A DNA stretch of 62,388 bases from Macrostomum lignano (Eukaryota). The translations under genes and the position numbers were made by a program. Under the pieces are notes generated by a model. The model was not told the origin of the DNA and searched no databases. It saw nothing but the letters and a program-made list of their open reading frames with translations. Where the stretch lies: NCBI GenBank assembly GCA_002269645.1, contig NIVC01003018.1, positions 1-62,388 on the forward strand, read 5' to 3'. Below, piece after piece: positions 1-9,916 of this stretch (positions are counted from its first letter, which is position 1; every line of letters starts with the position of its first letter).

Positions 1-365
1 TCCAGATAGGACAGCGCCAATAGCAAGGCCAGAGCTTGCGAGGGTGTCCAGGCCGCTGCCGCAAGCAGTCCTCGGCGCGCTCTAGCAGGCGCTCCAGGAC
101 GTCAAGCGTCGACTCAGGAGGCATGAGGCCACACAGTGTCCTCCAGGGGGCGTCCAATTGCACCCGACTTTTCTGGGTGGCCTGCAGATAGGCGTTGTTC
201 AGCGCTTCCTCCAAACGAATTCTGGCAGGACTCATGCCGTCCGCGGTAGCCGTGATAGCCCGAATTGTCGCAGCAGACTGCGCATCAAGCCACGGGGCCC
301 GGTTCAGGGCGGCCGCCAAGCTGGGCGTCACAGTGAGTGGCGTCTCGCTCGTCGACGTCTCTCAT
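1..365 (-). CDS. Candidate extra ORF (ORF3) downstream of pol, unknown product, partial
   Basis: Stop-free minus frame from 361 to the window edge (ETSTSETPLTVTPSLAAALNRAPWLDAQSAATIRAITATADGMSPARIRLEEALNNAYLQATQKSRVQLDAPWRTLCGLMPPESTLDVLERLLERA...). GC-rich and coding-like. The ATG at 365 is 1 nt out of frame; there is an in-frame ATG at 235. Confidence 0.5.
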
Positions 366-477
366 GATACGAACCAGCGGGTTTGAAGTTGTCGAGACGC
401 GCCAAAAATTACAATGATAAAATTGATAGCTATGAGAGAGCCGAAAATTGTTGCTATAAACGCGGAATAACAAACCG

Positions 478-514
478 ACTGATGACAATCACGAGAAAGG
501 GGGGGCCTTAAATA
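478..514 (-). promoter_or_regulatory. Putative internal core promoter (TATA-like TATTTAA plus TCAGT initiator) upstream of ORF3
   Basis: Minus strand TATTTAA at 514-508 and TCAGT at 482-478; CCAAT at about 721-725. Confidence 0.35.
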
Positions 515-1399
515 GTCAGGCTCAAAACCAACCGTTGAATAAAGGCGGAAAAGGCACCAACCGTGGGAGCGGGTCGGCGCTTCCCCATGTACTCTATGGC
601 GGTTTGCACAAAATGGGGTGGGCGCATAAAATCAAGGAGTAATAAAACAGATAAACCGCGCGGCAGGGGTCAGAACAAATGAATCAGATGGGGGCGCCTT
701 AAACGGCTCACATTAAACAGATTGGCGGTTGAACAGGCGAAATATCGCATAGCAAAGTTAGAATAGAATAATAGGATAGTAGATGGTTAGCGCTTGATAA
801 AACATAAACAGGTTTCATAAGAAGTTACAATACACAGGGCTGACCAAGGCACTGGAAGGAGGAGCCAAACAGACAGCCCTCACAAGTTCCCAGGCTCGAG
901 CAGAATTAAACAAAGAACAGGGGTCAAGTCCTCGGATGCCCTCCACTAGGGACAGGGCTGGATCCGGGCACAGACAGATTTGGCCCAAAACGGCGGGCTC
1001 ACAGAGCAGAAACGGGGCCTTGAGTTTAAAAGAAATAGAAGATTTTTACAATTTCGTGAGCTGCTTTTCTCCTGAAAGCATAAGGCGAAAATGGGATACT
1101 TCCGCACTTTGAGCGTGTGCAAGGAAGTTCACATGAAATGGGGAAACGCAACTAATGAAAGCATTTACACAATGATTTCTTACGGTACCGCATTGGCTAA
1201 GTAATTCGCATTGGTTAAATAATTGTCACGTTGAATAAAGATGATCGCATTGGTGCGAGCTTTTGCCAGAAAGCTTAAGGATAAATAGATAGCGCGTGAG
1301 TGCGGAATTAATGAAACGCATAGGATAAATAGCAAATCGCACACTTTACATGAGCACTGAAACTGTTCAGAATGTACACTGCTTTTAGCCGGAAAGCAT

Positions 1400-1810
1400 A
1401 AGGAACGGCAAAATTAATAGCTGCTTTTATCCTTCAAGCATAAGGAGAGTACAATGAAATTGAAACTGCTTTTATCCCTCAAGCATAAGGAAAGTACATT
1501 GAAATTGAAACTGCTTTTATCCCTCAAGCATAAGGAAAGTACATGAAATTGAAACTGCTTTTATCCCTCAAGCATAAGGAAAGTACATGAAATTGAAACT
1601 GCTTTTATCCCTCAAGCATAAGGAAAGTACATTGAAATTGAAACTGCTTTTATCCCTCAAGCATAAGGAAAGTACATGAAATTGAAACTGCTTTTATCCC
1701 TCAAGCATAAGGAAAGTACATTGAAATTGAAACATTGCTTTAGCCATCAAGCATAAGGAAACGGACAGAAAATTTGTTGCTTTTATCCCTCAAGCATAAG
1801 GAAAATAAAA
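1400..1810. repeat. 41/42-bp tandem repeat inside the retroelement, between pol and ORF3
   Basis: Unit GAAATTGAAACTGCTTTTATCCCTCAAGCATAAGGAAAGTACAT(T), about 7 near-perfect copies at 1456-1745, with degenerate copies near 1060, 1380, 1420 and 1780. Confidence 0.95.
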
Positions 1811-1981
1811 TTGAACTGGAAAAAAATTGAAATCTGCTTTCAGCACAGAACAGATGCAGAGAAAGCTTACCGCGAAATTAAAATCGGAACGCGTTCACAA
1901 ATTGGACTACTACTACGAGTAGTAATGCGCATCAAAAGTTAGCAACTTGGCGCAACAGAAAATTCATTGGTAAATACCTTT

Positions 1982-4900
1982 TCAGATCTCCGTCTCCATG
2001 CCGATGTCAGGCAGATCCGGGTCGCCTTCGGCGAGCACTTCCGGATGGCGGAGGCTCGGCTCGAACAGCTGACTGCCTCGCAGGTCTGGCTGAGCTGTGG
2101 CCGGCTGCTCTGGCGCGGGCTGATCGGCTGGGTCGACTTCGCTGTCTTCGCTCAACTCATAGGGCAGCATTGGCCGCTCTGTTTGGCGCGGTGGCTCCTG
2201 TGGTCGATCCGCCATCATCTGCGGCACCTTAATTATGTTGTTGCGATGTACCAACATTTCGGCGGGGCGTCCTCGTCGGGCAGTTGCTGGCTGGATCCAA
2301 TAGGCTACTTCGCCGACCTTTCTGTTGACCTTGTACATACTCTTGTACGGCCGGTGGAACTTGGGCAGCTCACCCAACTCGAGCTTCGGGTTGGCCAGGT
2401 AGACCAGATCTCCGGGCTGCAGTTCCACGGGCTTGGGTCGGTTCTCGTAGTATTCTTCGCGGCGTTGGATCTCGGCTCGCAATCGCTGTCGCACAATTCT
2501 CTCGGTCTCGGCCAGTCTGCGCTGATGCTTTGCGATGTACTCGGGGAGGTCCGGCGATACGTCCAGGCGGTCTAGGGTGTTATCGATCGGGTAGCGATAA
2601 GGCACTCCGTAAACGACGTAATGCGGCGAGAATCCCGTCGTACGATTGACAGCTGATCGCAGGGCTGTCAAAGCGGCTGGCAGCATCTTGTCCCACTGTT
2701 GATGATCTTCGAGAAGACAAGTGAGCACCTTCTTGATGTTTTTGTTGCACGATTCAGCTTGTCCATTGGCCCAGGGCGAATATGGCGGCGTCGTTGTCTG
2801 CCGGATGCCATAGACTTCGCAAAAATGTCGAAACTCGTGCCCAGTGAACTGTTTGCCTTGGTCCGAATGGATCCACGCGGGGATTCCGGTGATCGGGAAG
2901 ACTTGTTCCTGCAGCAGAGTTATGATCGTCTTGGCCCGCTGATTCTTCATGGCGAAGGCGAATGGATATTTCGACGTAGTGTCGACATAGGTGAGGATGT
3001 ACTTGTTGCCTCGGTCTGTCGGGTCGCCAGTGGGGCCCATGATGTCGATTGCGCATCGCCCATAGATTTCGCAAACCGGGAACGACTGTACATGCGCCGG
3101 AATTCGTCGCCGTCCTTTGCTTTGAGTGCAGGTCTGGCAGGAAGCGACATAGTCGGACACTGCCTTGGCCAGGGCAGGTCGCCAGAACCTTTCGCGCACC
3201 TTCGCGATGGTGAGGTCTCGGCCCATGTGTCCGCAGTAGGGCGAACCGTGCAGGTCGGCAAACACAGTGGTGTCGAGGCTCTTCGGCAGAACGATCCGCG
3301 CTTTCTCCTCTTCGCCAATATCGTCGAGATGAATAACTAATAGTCCATCGTCTCGGACTTCGAGCTGCTCGTAGAACGCTAGTAAGTTTCGTTCGTCTCG
3401 CGTCATATTCAATCGCTGATTTAGTGGCGGTTTTGGCTGTCGACTTTCGATTAAGTTAATCAGCATCGCGATAGCAGAGTCAGCTCGCTGATGGGTCTGG
3501 AGCTCCTCGCGAGTGACTGGCCTCGGAATGTGATCCGTTAAATTCAAAGTTTGGCGTCGGTTAGTCGGATTAGTCGGCGCGGCTTCGGCTGTGGCGGCGT
3601 GGTTCGGGGTCGGGAGCTCCCTCCGCACGATCGCTACTCTGGCCTGTTGCCGGGTCGTTGAAGAATTTGAAGGCCGATCCTCGTCGGTCGTTTCGGCGTC
3701 ATAATCAGCAGAATTGGATTCGTCAGCAGATGAGAGCGAGTCAGCGGAACTGTCGGTATCAAGGCTGAATCTCACTTTCTTGGACATAGGACGGCGAGCG
3801 GGTTGGCAGCGGTCTTCGCTGGCTGCGCTGTGGTCGCTATCCTCGTCGCCTTCAGCTAGTAGCCGGCGGCTCCTTGACGGGCAACATGTCGTGCTGCTAA
3901 AGCTGGTGGGCGACCTCTGTGAGTCCCGATAACGACTGGCAGATGGCCTCGACTTCGTCGCCGGCGGATGCAGCTCTGTCAGCGGCTTGCTGTCGGCTGT
4001 CGGTGTTGCGGGCGGCGTAGTCTCGCCGTTGGACTCAGTTGATTTCGTCAGCGGCTTTCGTCGGTGACGGCGGGTCGGTCGCTCCTTGCTCGGTGGAGGA
4101 CTAGGGTGGCTGCTGTCGTGGACCTTCGGCGCCGCTGCGCCAGTTATCGCGGCTGGCTGCTTACTTTGGTCCCCGACTGCGGCCTCTCGCTGAGCCTCCT
4201 CCAAACATTCAGCGTCGTCCTCAGGCCGTCTTGAGAGGCCGTCGGCGTTCTGATGCTGACTTGATTTTCGATGCTGGATTCGGAACTCGAATTCACTTAG
4301 GCGCGGTAGCCATCGTCCAAAAATTCCTTCTTGCTGAGTTCGCCTTAAGATCCAGGTTAATGCGGCATGATCGGTTCGGCAGATAAACTTCTTGGCCAGC
4401 AGGTAGAATCTGAAGTGTCGCATTCCATCTACGACTGCCAAGAGTTCCTGTTTAGTGATCGGATACCGGGCTTCAGCTGGTTTGAGTCGCCGGGAGAAAT
4501 AGCCAATTGGTCGCTCAACTCCATCAGCTTGGCGTTGGCTCAGGCAGGCTCCGATTCTGGTCGCAGAAGCATCCGTGTCCAGGATAAACATTACATCCGG
4601 ATTTTCACTGAACTGCGGATACGCGAGCACTGTCGTCGAAGTCATTGCGGCCTTGAGCTGATCAAACGCATCTTGCTGGGCTTTTCCCCATAGACAATTG
4701 AAGTTTCTAATCCTCTTCTCCTTAATCAGATCGTGGAGCGGAGCAGCAAGTTCTGCATAGCTAGGTACAAATTTTGCATAGTAAGCGCACGTGCAGACGA
4801 AACTTTTAAGTTGTCGGGCTGTTCTTGGTCTTGGCCAGGTTTGAATTGCCTCAATCTTCGCCGGATCAGTCTTGATTCCGTCCTTCGTTACCACATGTCC

Positions 4901-6568
4901 CAGATAGTTTAGACTTTCCCGAAATAGATGGCACTTTTTGCCTTTGAACTTTAGATTAGCTTCTTGAACTCGCTTGAATACTTCTTCCATATGCCGTAGG
5001 TGGTCATTAAATTCCTTGGAATAGACGATTACGTCATCCAGGTAGGCGATAGCACTTTTATAGGCAATCCCGTTGAGCACAGCGTTCATGAGGCGCATGA
5101 AGCTGGCTGGTGCTGAGCTGAGTCCCATTGGCATAACGTTGTAGGCGAATTGTCCGCGGTGCAGCGTGGCGAAGGCAGTCAGATCTTGATCCTCTGGGCG
5201 CAGCGGAATCTGATAATAGCCACTGTTCAGGTCGAATGTACTGAATAGTTGACTTCCTTCGAGGCTGGCGAATGCTTCTTGGATATTAGGAATCGGGTAC
5301 GGAAAGTACTCACACTTTTGGTTCAGACTCCTGAAATCTTGCACAATTCGTAGGCTGCCGTCCTTCTTCGGGATGATCACCAGCGGGGTGTTGTAGCTGG
5401 AGAAGCTCGGTCGAATCACGCCTTTGGCCAGCAGATCGTCGAGTAACTGGTCCACCTTGGGTAGCAGGTGCGGCGGGATCCTTCGCGTTGGGAGATGCAC
5501 CGGATCTTTGTCCTTCAGTACGATGTTGTGGGTGACCAGATGAGTTCGGCCGAGATCGTGTGGCCCCTGCGAGAAGATGGTCTTGTACTTTCTCAATAGC
5601 TCGATGACTTGAGCGCGCTGGTCTTTGGACAGATCCTCACTGATATCGATCTCCTTAATCCAGGCATCGGGATCCTCGTCTTGGATTTGATTGACAGAGT
5701 CTTCTGATTTCAGCAGCGGGAAGAAATGTAGCTCGGGCAGTCTGATTGGTCTAGCAATCCCGACTAGGGCATTCGCTCGCACTTTGATGGCTGTAGTGCC
5801 ACGGTTGATCATTTCGATAGCGCCTTCTCCATTAGCCATGGAAATCAGGGCAGGCGCGGCGTCCAGGTGCTGCACATCTTCTTCACGCCGAGCCGGTTTC
5901 AGCGGCTCGATCACTGCGGGTGTACCCTGATTTTCTTCTCGTCCTTTTGCTAATTTGATTTTGATTCGGGCCGATGATAATGGTGGCACGGTAGTGCTCT
6001 CGGTGGTGTAAATTCTGCACGTTGTAGCTTCAGTTCGCGTATAGCGAAGCGGTGCGGCAGTGCCGTCCTTGAAAAACAGCATTCCGGCGGCGAGGTCCAG
6101 TGATGTGCTGTACTTCTCCAGGAACTCGAAACCCAGAATGTTGTCATGCGATCCTTTCGCTAGCAGAAACTTGACTGTAGGCTCGAAATTACCAATTTTC
6201 ACTTTAATAGATAGCTGGCCTGCCATTTGAATAGGCTCTCCATTGTAGGTCACGATACGTTGAAGGCAGGGCTCGATTTGGCCACGCAGGGTCGGGTCGT
6301 CAGTACATAGGCGGTGCCAGGTGCTGAATCCTAGGACTTCGCACTTGGACTCAGTATCAAGCAAGAAAGCAAAATAGCGGCCCTGAATCTCACCAGTTAG
6401 AAACGGGTCTCTCCGAGGTCGCTTGGGTGCTAATGGCTGTACAGGTGCGGCGGAGGCGGTCTCAGCAGTGGCCTGCTGAGCGACTAAAGTCCGCGGCGGG
6501 GACTTCAGTGCTGGCTCGGCTGCTGGATGGCGCTGCCCCCGATGGCGCGTCCAGCCGTCCCGTTTCCC
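1982..6568 (-). CDS. pol: Pol polyprotein (aspartic protease, RT, RNase H, integrase), expressed as Gag-Pol by -1 frameshift
   Basis: ORF 1982-6937. PR LLDTES (6350-6358); RT LRIVQDFRSLN, FDLNSGYYQI, YLDD (5033-5044); RH FILDTDAS...IGACLSQ, TDHAAL, NADGLSR; IN H-x6-H...CQTC, IDIMGP, HSDQGKQF, NGQAES; GPY/F-like C-terminus; no chromodomain. Confidence 0.95.
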   Translation of the reverse strand, partial: GKRDGWTRHRGQRHPAAEPALKSPPRTLVAQQATAETASAAPVQPLAPKRPRRDPFLTGEIQGRYFAFLLDTESKCEVLGFSTWHRLCTDDPTLRGQIEPCLQRIVTYNGEPIQMAGQLSIKVKIGNFEPTVKFLLAKGSHDNILGFEFLEKYSTSLDLAAGMLFFKDGTAAPLRYTRTEATTCRIYTTESTTVPPLSSARIKIKLAKGREENQGTPAVIEPLKPARREEDVQHLDAAPALISMANGEGAIEMINRGTTAIKVRANALVGIARPIRLPELHFFPLLKSEDSVNQIQDEDPDAWIKEIDISEDLSKDQRAQVIELLRKYKTIFSQGPHDLGRTHLVTHNIVLKDKDPVHLPTRRIPPHLLPKVDQLLDDLLAKGVIRPSFSSYNTPLVIIPKKDGSLRIVQDFRSLNQKCEYFPYPIPNIQEAFASLEGSQLFSTFDLNSGYYQIPLRPEDQDLTAFATLHRGQFAYNVMPMGLSSAPASFMRLMNAVLNGIAYKSAIAYLDDVIVYSKEFNDHLRHMEEVFKRVQEANLKFKGKKCHLFRESLNYLGHVVTKDGIKTDPAKIEAIQTWPRPRTARQLKSFVCTCAYYAKFVPSYAELAAPLHDLIKEKRIRNFNCLWGKAQQDAFDQLKAAMTSTTVLAYPQFSENPDVMFILDTDASATRIGACLSQRQADGVERPIGYFSRRLKPAEARYPITKQELLAVVDGMRHFRFYLLAKKFICRTDHAALTWILRRTQQEGIFGRWLPRLSEFEFRIQHRKSSQHQNADGLSRRPEDDAECLEEAQREAAVGDQSKQPAAITGAAAPKVHDSSHPSPPPSKERPTRRHRRKPLTKSTESNGETTPPATPTADSKPLTELHPPATKSRPSASRYRDSQRSPTSFSSTTCCPSRSRRLLAEGDEDSDHSAASEDRCQPARRPMSKKVRFSLDTDSSADSLSSADESNSADYDAETTDEDRPSNSSTTRQQARVAIVRRELPTPNHAATAEAAPTNPTNRRQTLNLTDHIPRPVTREELQTHQRADSAIAMLINLIESRQPKPPLNQRLNMTRDERNLLAFYEQLEVRDDGLLVIHLDDIGEEEKARIVLPKSLDTTVFADLHGSPYCGHMGRDLTIAKVRERFWRPALAKAVSDYVASCQTCTQSKGRRRIPAHVQSFPVCEIYGRCAIDIMGPTGDPTDRGNKYILTYVDTTSKYPFAFAMKNQRAKTIITLLQEQVFPITGIPAWIHSDQGKQFTGHEFRHFCEVYGIRQTTTPPYSPWANGQAESCNKNIKKVLTCLLEDHQQWDKMLPAALTALRSAVNRTTGFSPHYVVYGVPYRYPIDNTLDRLDVSPDLPEYIAKHQRRLAETERIVRQRLRAEIQRREEYYENRPKPVELQPGDLVYLANPKLELGELPKFHRPYKSMYKVNRKVGEVAYWIQPATARRGRPAEMLVHRNNIIKVPQMMADRPQEPPRQTERPMLPYELSEDSEVDPADQPAPEQPATAQPDLRGSQLFEPSLRHPEVLAEGDPDLPDIGMETEI

Positions 6569-7895
6569 GAGCTGCTGTTGCGCTGGGATGCGGTGCTGGC
6601 CGACCGTCGGTGCGGGCACTCCTCGGCGCGGTGCTCGCGATTGCACCTGTAACACATGGCATTCTGCCGCCGCAGCTGATAGGGCGGCGGCCTCGAACTC
6701 GACCGTTGCTGCAGCTGCTGCTGCTGCTGACGTTGACCTCCTGCTGGCGGCGTTCTCGGCGGCGGGTTGCTGCCGTCTCGTGGTTGCTGAAGTCGATGGA
6801 ACGGTTGCTGCGGCACCATATGCGTGCCAGGTGTCGTAAATTGGGCGCTTCCGTCGGCGCTGCGGCGAGGAGTCGAGGGTACCAGACATCTGGAGCGTTG
6901 GCCCCACGAGTCCCGCGGCTGGTGGCGAGGTTCCCATGGCTCCGGGGCGTCGTTATCGCGCGATCCCTGAGAGTAGAACTCTCGCATCTCGTTACTCAAA
7001 GTTTCAAGTAGGCGTCGCTGCTCTTGCAATGTCTCGGCTTGTTGTTCCATGACTTCCCGCAACCAGTTCTCCTCGGGCCGAGATGACTTGGCGTCGTGTT
7101 GCACCGCAGTGGGCGTCTGACTGTCGTCATCTTCCAGGACCCGGACATGTCTCGCTGCTGGCGGCGGTGCTACACGCTGAGCCAGACTAGCTGCTGTCTC
7201 CAGGCGTAGCACGGCCCTCCTCGCTGCGGTCAGATTCGGCGGTCGCACCAGGATGAGCTGTTCTCGGGCCGACTGAGCAATCCGCACTCCCACAGTGAAT
7301 TGATCCACCAGTTCAGCCTGCTTCTGAACCGGGGTAAAATGCGGGAACGCTCGATCGGCCAGAGCAATTAGTCGGTCGCCGTAGTCGTCAACATTCTCGT
7401 TCTTGCCCTGCTGGCAGCTTCGGAACTGCTCCCGGTACTCCAGCGTGTCGGCAACATGTGTAAATCGTTCAGATAATCGCTGTTTGAACTCACCAAACGT
7501 CAGATTATCCGGCAGCTCCATTCTGACGACTGCGGGTAGGTGGTGGCGATGTCCAAATTCACGAGGACCTCCGCCTTCTTTCGTCTGTCGTCAACGATTC
7601 CGTTGAGCTCGCATCGCTCTTCGAGAGCCTTGATCCAGACGTCGAATTCCTGGTTGGGCGTGTACCGCTGAATCTTGACCGGTTTCGGCGCTGGAGCTCG
7701 ATCCTGCTGCTGGGGCTGCTGGTACACATGATGATGGTGTTGCGGCTGGCCCAGGCTGGTCTGCTCCAGTCGCCGGCGCACCTCTTCGGTCACCGCGTGA
7801 ATCATCTCGTCGTAGGTCGGTCTTGTATTTGAGTTATCGGGGCCCGCGGCGTCGTTTGTCGCGTCCGCGGCCGTTGAATTAGTAGTTGAAGCCAT
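6505..7895 (-). CDS. gag: Gag with C-terminal CX2CX3HX4C zinc knuckle, split by a 1-nt deletion at about 7535
   Basis: ORFs 7500-7895 and 6505-7521 join into one ~463-aa frame if one base is added in the CCC run at 7534-7536 (...LDIATTY-x-AVVRMELPDNL...). Knuckle CYRCNREHRAEEC at 6616-6654. Confidence 0.88.
6522..6568 (-). promoter_or_regulatory. -1 programmed ribosomal frameshift signal (G_GGA_AAC, 6-nt spacer, hairpin)
   Basis: The heptamer at 6568-6562 is in the gag frame (S-G-N) and pol is in the -1 frame. Stem GCTGGA-CGCGCC / GGC(A)GCG-(CCA)-TCCAGC at 6555-6522. Confidence 0.8.
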
Positions 7896-7940
7896 AACGT
7901 AGATTCTGAACGACTCGTCGAATGGGTTTTGGCGTCTCGT

Positions 7941-7961
7941 AATCCCACTTAGCTGACACCA
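7941..7961 (-). promoter_or_regulatory. Primer binding site for tRNA-Leu, with a 2-nt insertion
   Basis: Minus strand TGGTGTCAG-CT-AAGTGGGATT, 1 nt after the LTR-terminal CA. Complementary to the conserved tRNA-Leu(CAA) 3' end AATCCCACTTCTGACACCA apart from the extra CT. Confidence 0.85.
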
Positions 7962-7962
7962 A

Positions 7963-8981
7963 TGAGGTGGGGGTGGAGAAGTTTTAACAAGGTTTGAAAT
8001 TTGGAGGTCGGCCGGTAATTCTTTGAAAACCGGTAGCGTTGCGTTCGCACGAATAAAACCGGAAAATCGCGCAGACGAATCACAACGAATTTCTTCTCCT
8101 TTTTACTCCGACAGCCGGGGTCCTCAAATTCCGGGGGGAGGGTAGTCGTAATCGTAGCAGAGCGGTCGTTAGAGCGGCACGGTCGTTCAGATGGTAGACA
8201 CCGGAGATTGACACCGTAAAGTAATGTGTCGATTTGCCGAGCTGATTACTGTCAGTAGGGTAGTTGCTGCCACCACCGTAATTTACGTATTACGGAACGT
8301 TTAGTGATCTCAGAGCTTTCTTTGAGATGAGATTTCGGTTATTTTACGCCCCACGGGCAAAGGATTCAAGATAGGCTATGGCTTAAGTCAACGGAATAAA
8401 TATTAAGCGTTAATTTGCTGTTACTTATTAAAGTAATTTGGTTATTAATTTTAAAGCAGGTTGTTTATTGATTAGTGAGTATTATAATGACGATGATGAT
8501 TACACGGGCGCCGGTGCGCTAATAAACTAATAAATTAATGAACTGTAGAAATAAACAGGCAAGATAGTGAGGGAGCGATCGCGCAAGAAGAAAAGGGAGT
8601 GGGAGGGGAGGAGAGGCTTGAAAAAATTGGCAACTGAGCATGAGTAGTTTATATAAGCAAAAGTAGGGCAACGTCCAAAGCATGGGGAAAGATTAGCCAA
8701 CAAGGGGGCCACACCATGGTTAAAGGAAAAATCACACAGAAAAAATATAATGTACCGCTTGATTCCAACTAATGAAAAGGCTGTTAGCCAACGATGGGAA
8801 ACTGATTAGCAACGGTGGGTCCACACACGGGGCCAACAGGAGGAGGGGGGGGGGTGATGTCATAAACAATGGTTGGACGCACGGGTTGGTATTCACGAAG
8901 AAAGAAAATACGGGCGCGCATTCAAAATGGAAGAAAAAATTAAAATTAAAATTATTAAATGGTGGCAACCCCACTGCCACA
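7963..8981 (-). repeat. 5' LTR (about 1.0 kb; outer boundary inferred)
   Basis: The inner end ...CCTCA abuts the PBS. Candidate outer end TGTGG at 8981, after which the sequence turns AT-rich. TATATAAA at about 8655-8648 and AATAAA at 8469-8464 on the minus strand are in U3-R-U5 order. Confidence 0.65.
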
Positions 8982-9916
8982 AAAGACATTTTTGACGTTA
9001 AATTTCCGATGCTGATTCTAGAAACAGAATCAGTTCAATCTTTCAAGAAAAAATCGGAATTTAACTTTGAATATTTGACTGCCCAAGCAGCCTCACTTTG
9101 CAGGATTTTTCACTTTCTTCTTGGCTATTCCATTCAATAGTTACAACTTTAAAGCATAGCACGTATATCCATCCCTCTAGCCTCTAGGCCTACTAAAATC
9201 TAGTTAATAGGTAGGAGACAAGAGTTTTAAAACTTAGATATAATAGGTAAATATGATATAGATCACAATATTAGATATAATTTGACGCATCATGCAATAG
9301 ATTTTAGTGCAATGTTCTAGGTTACCAATTAACCTAAGCTTCTGACAATAAAGGCAATCCTATAGGCCTAGTTTCGCACGTTTTATTATTTTTTGAAAAT
9401 TTTACGAATTTTGAACAAAGTTTGACAAGTTTAACAAGGCCTGCTGCAGGTAAAAAATTCGCGGGTACCAGACTATTCATCTGCCAGCTATTTGTCTGCA
9501 GGCAGACAAACAGTCCAAATTGAAAGTTTTTTAATTTTCAAGAGGTGCTGCACTAATATGCAATAAGATTCTAAAATGTTTTTCATCTATGTTTTACAAA
9601 CAATTATATTCCAGAATTTTTAAAAACAAAGGAAAGGTTGGCTTTGTTAATTAAAAGTTTAAAGTTTCTTAAAATTTTTGGTGCGCACTATTAGCATACC
9701 ATGATTTCATTGCAATGTTGCATTGGCACAGTGTTTTTGATAGCAGGATACTTTCATTTGTGTAGATTATAATACAATGGCTTTAATTTTTTACTGCAGA
9801 ATGGTTTAGAAAAGTAGATAAGACAGCACTACTGCCTTAGTCTAGATTGTATAGTGATGCATTAAAATGACTATAACAAAGTTAGGAACTCTAGCTACTA
9901 AGCTACTATCCTATAA

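Larger units (their letters stand above)
1..8981 (-). mobile_element. Ty3/gypsy LTR retrotransposon, 3' part (PPT and 3' LTR) beyond the left window edge
   Basis: LTR, PBS, gag and pol in PR-RT-RH-IN order on the minus strand. No second LTR copy is present in 1-1980, so the element continues past position 1. Confidence 0.93.

Noticed and set aside
1967-5930. Plus-strand ORFs of 60-213 aa overlapping pol
   Set aside because: Antisense shadows of a GC-rich coding sequence with no domain signatures.
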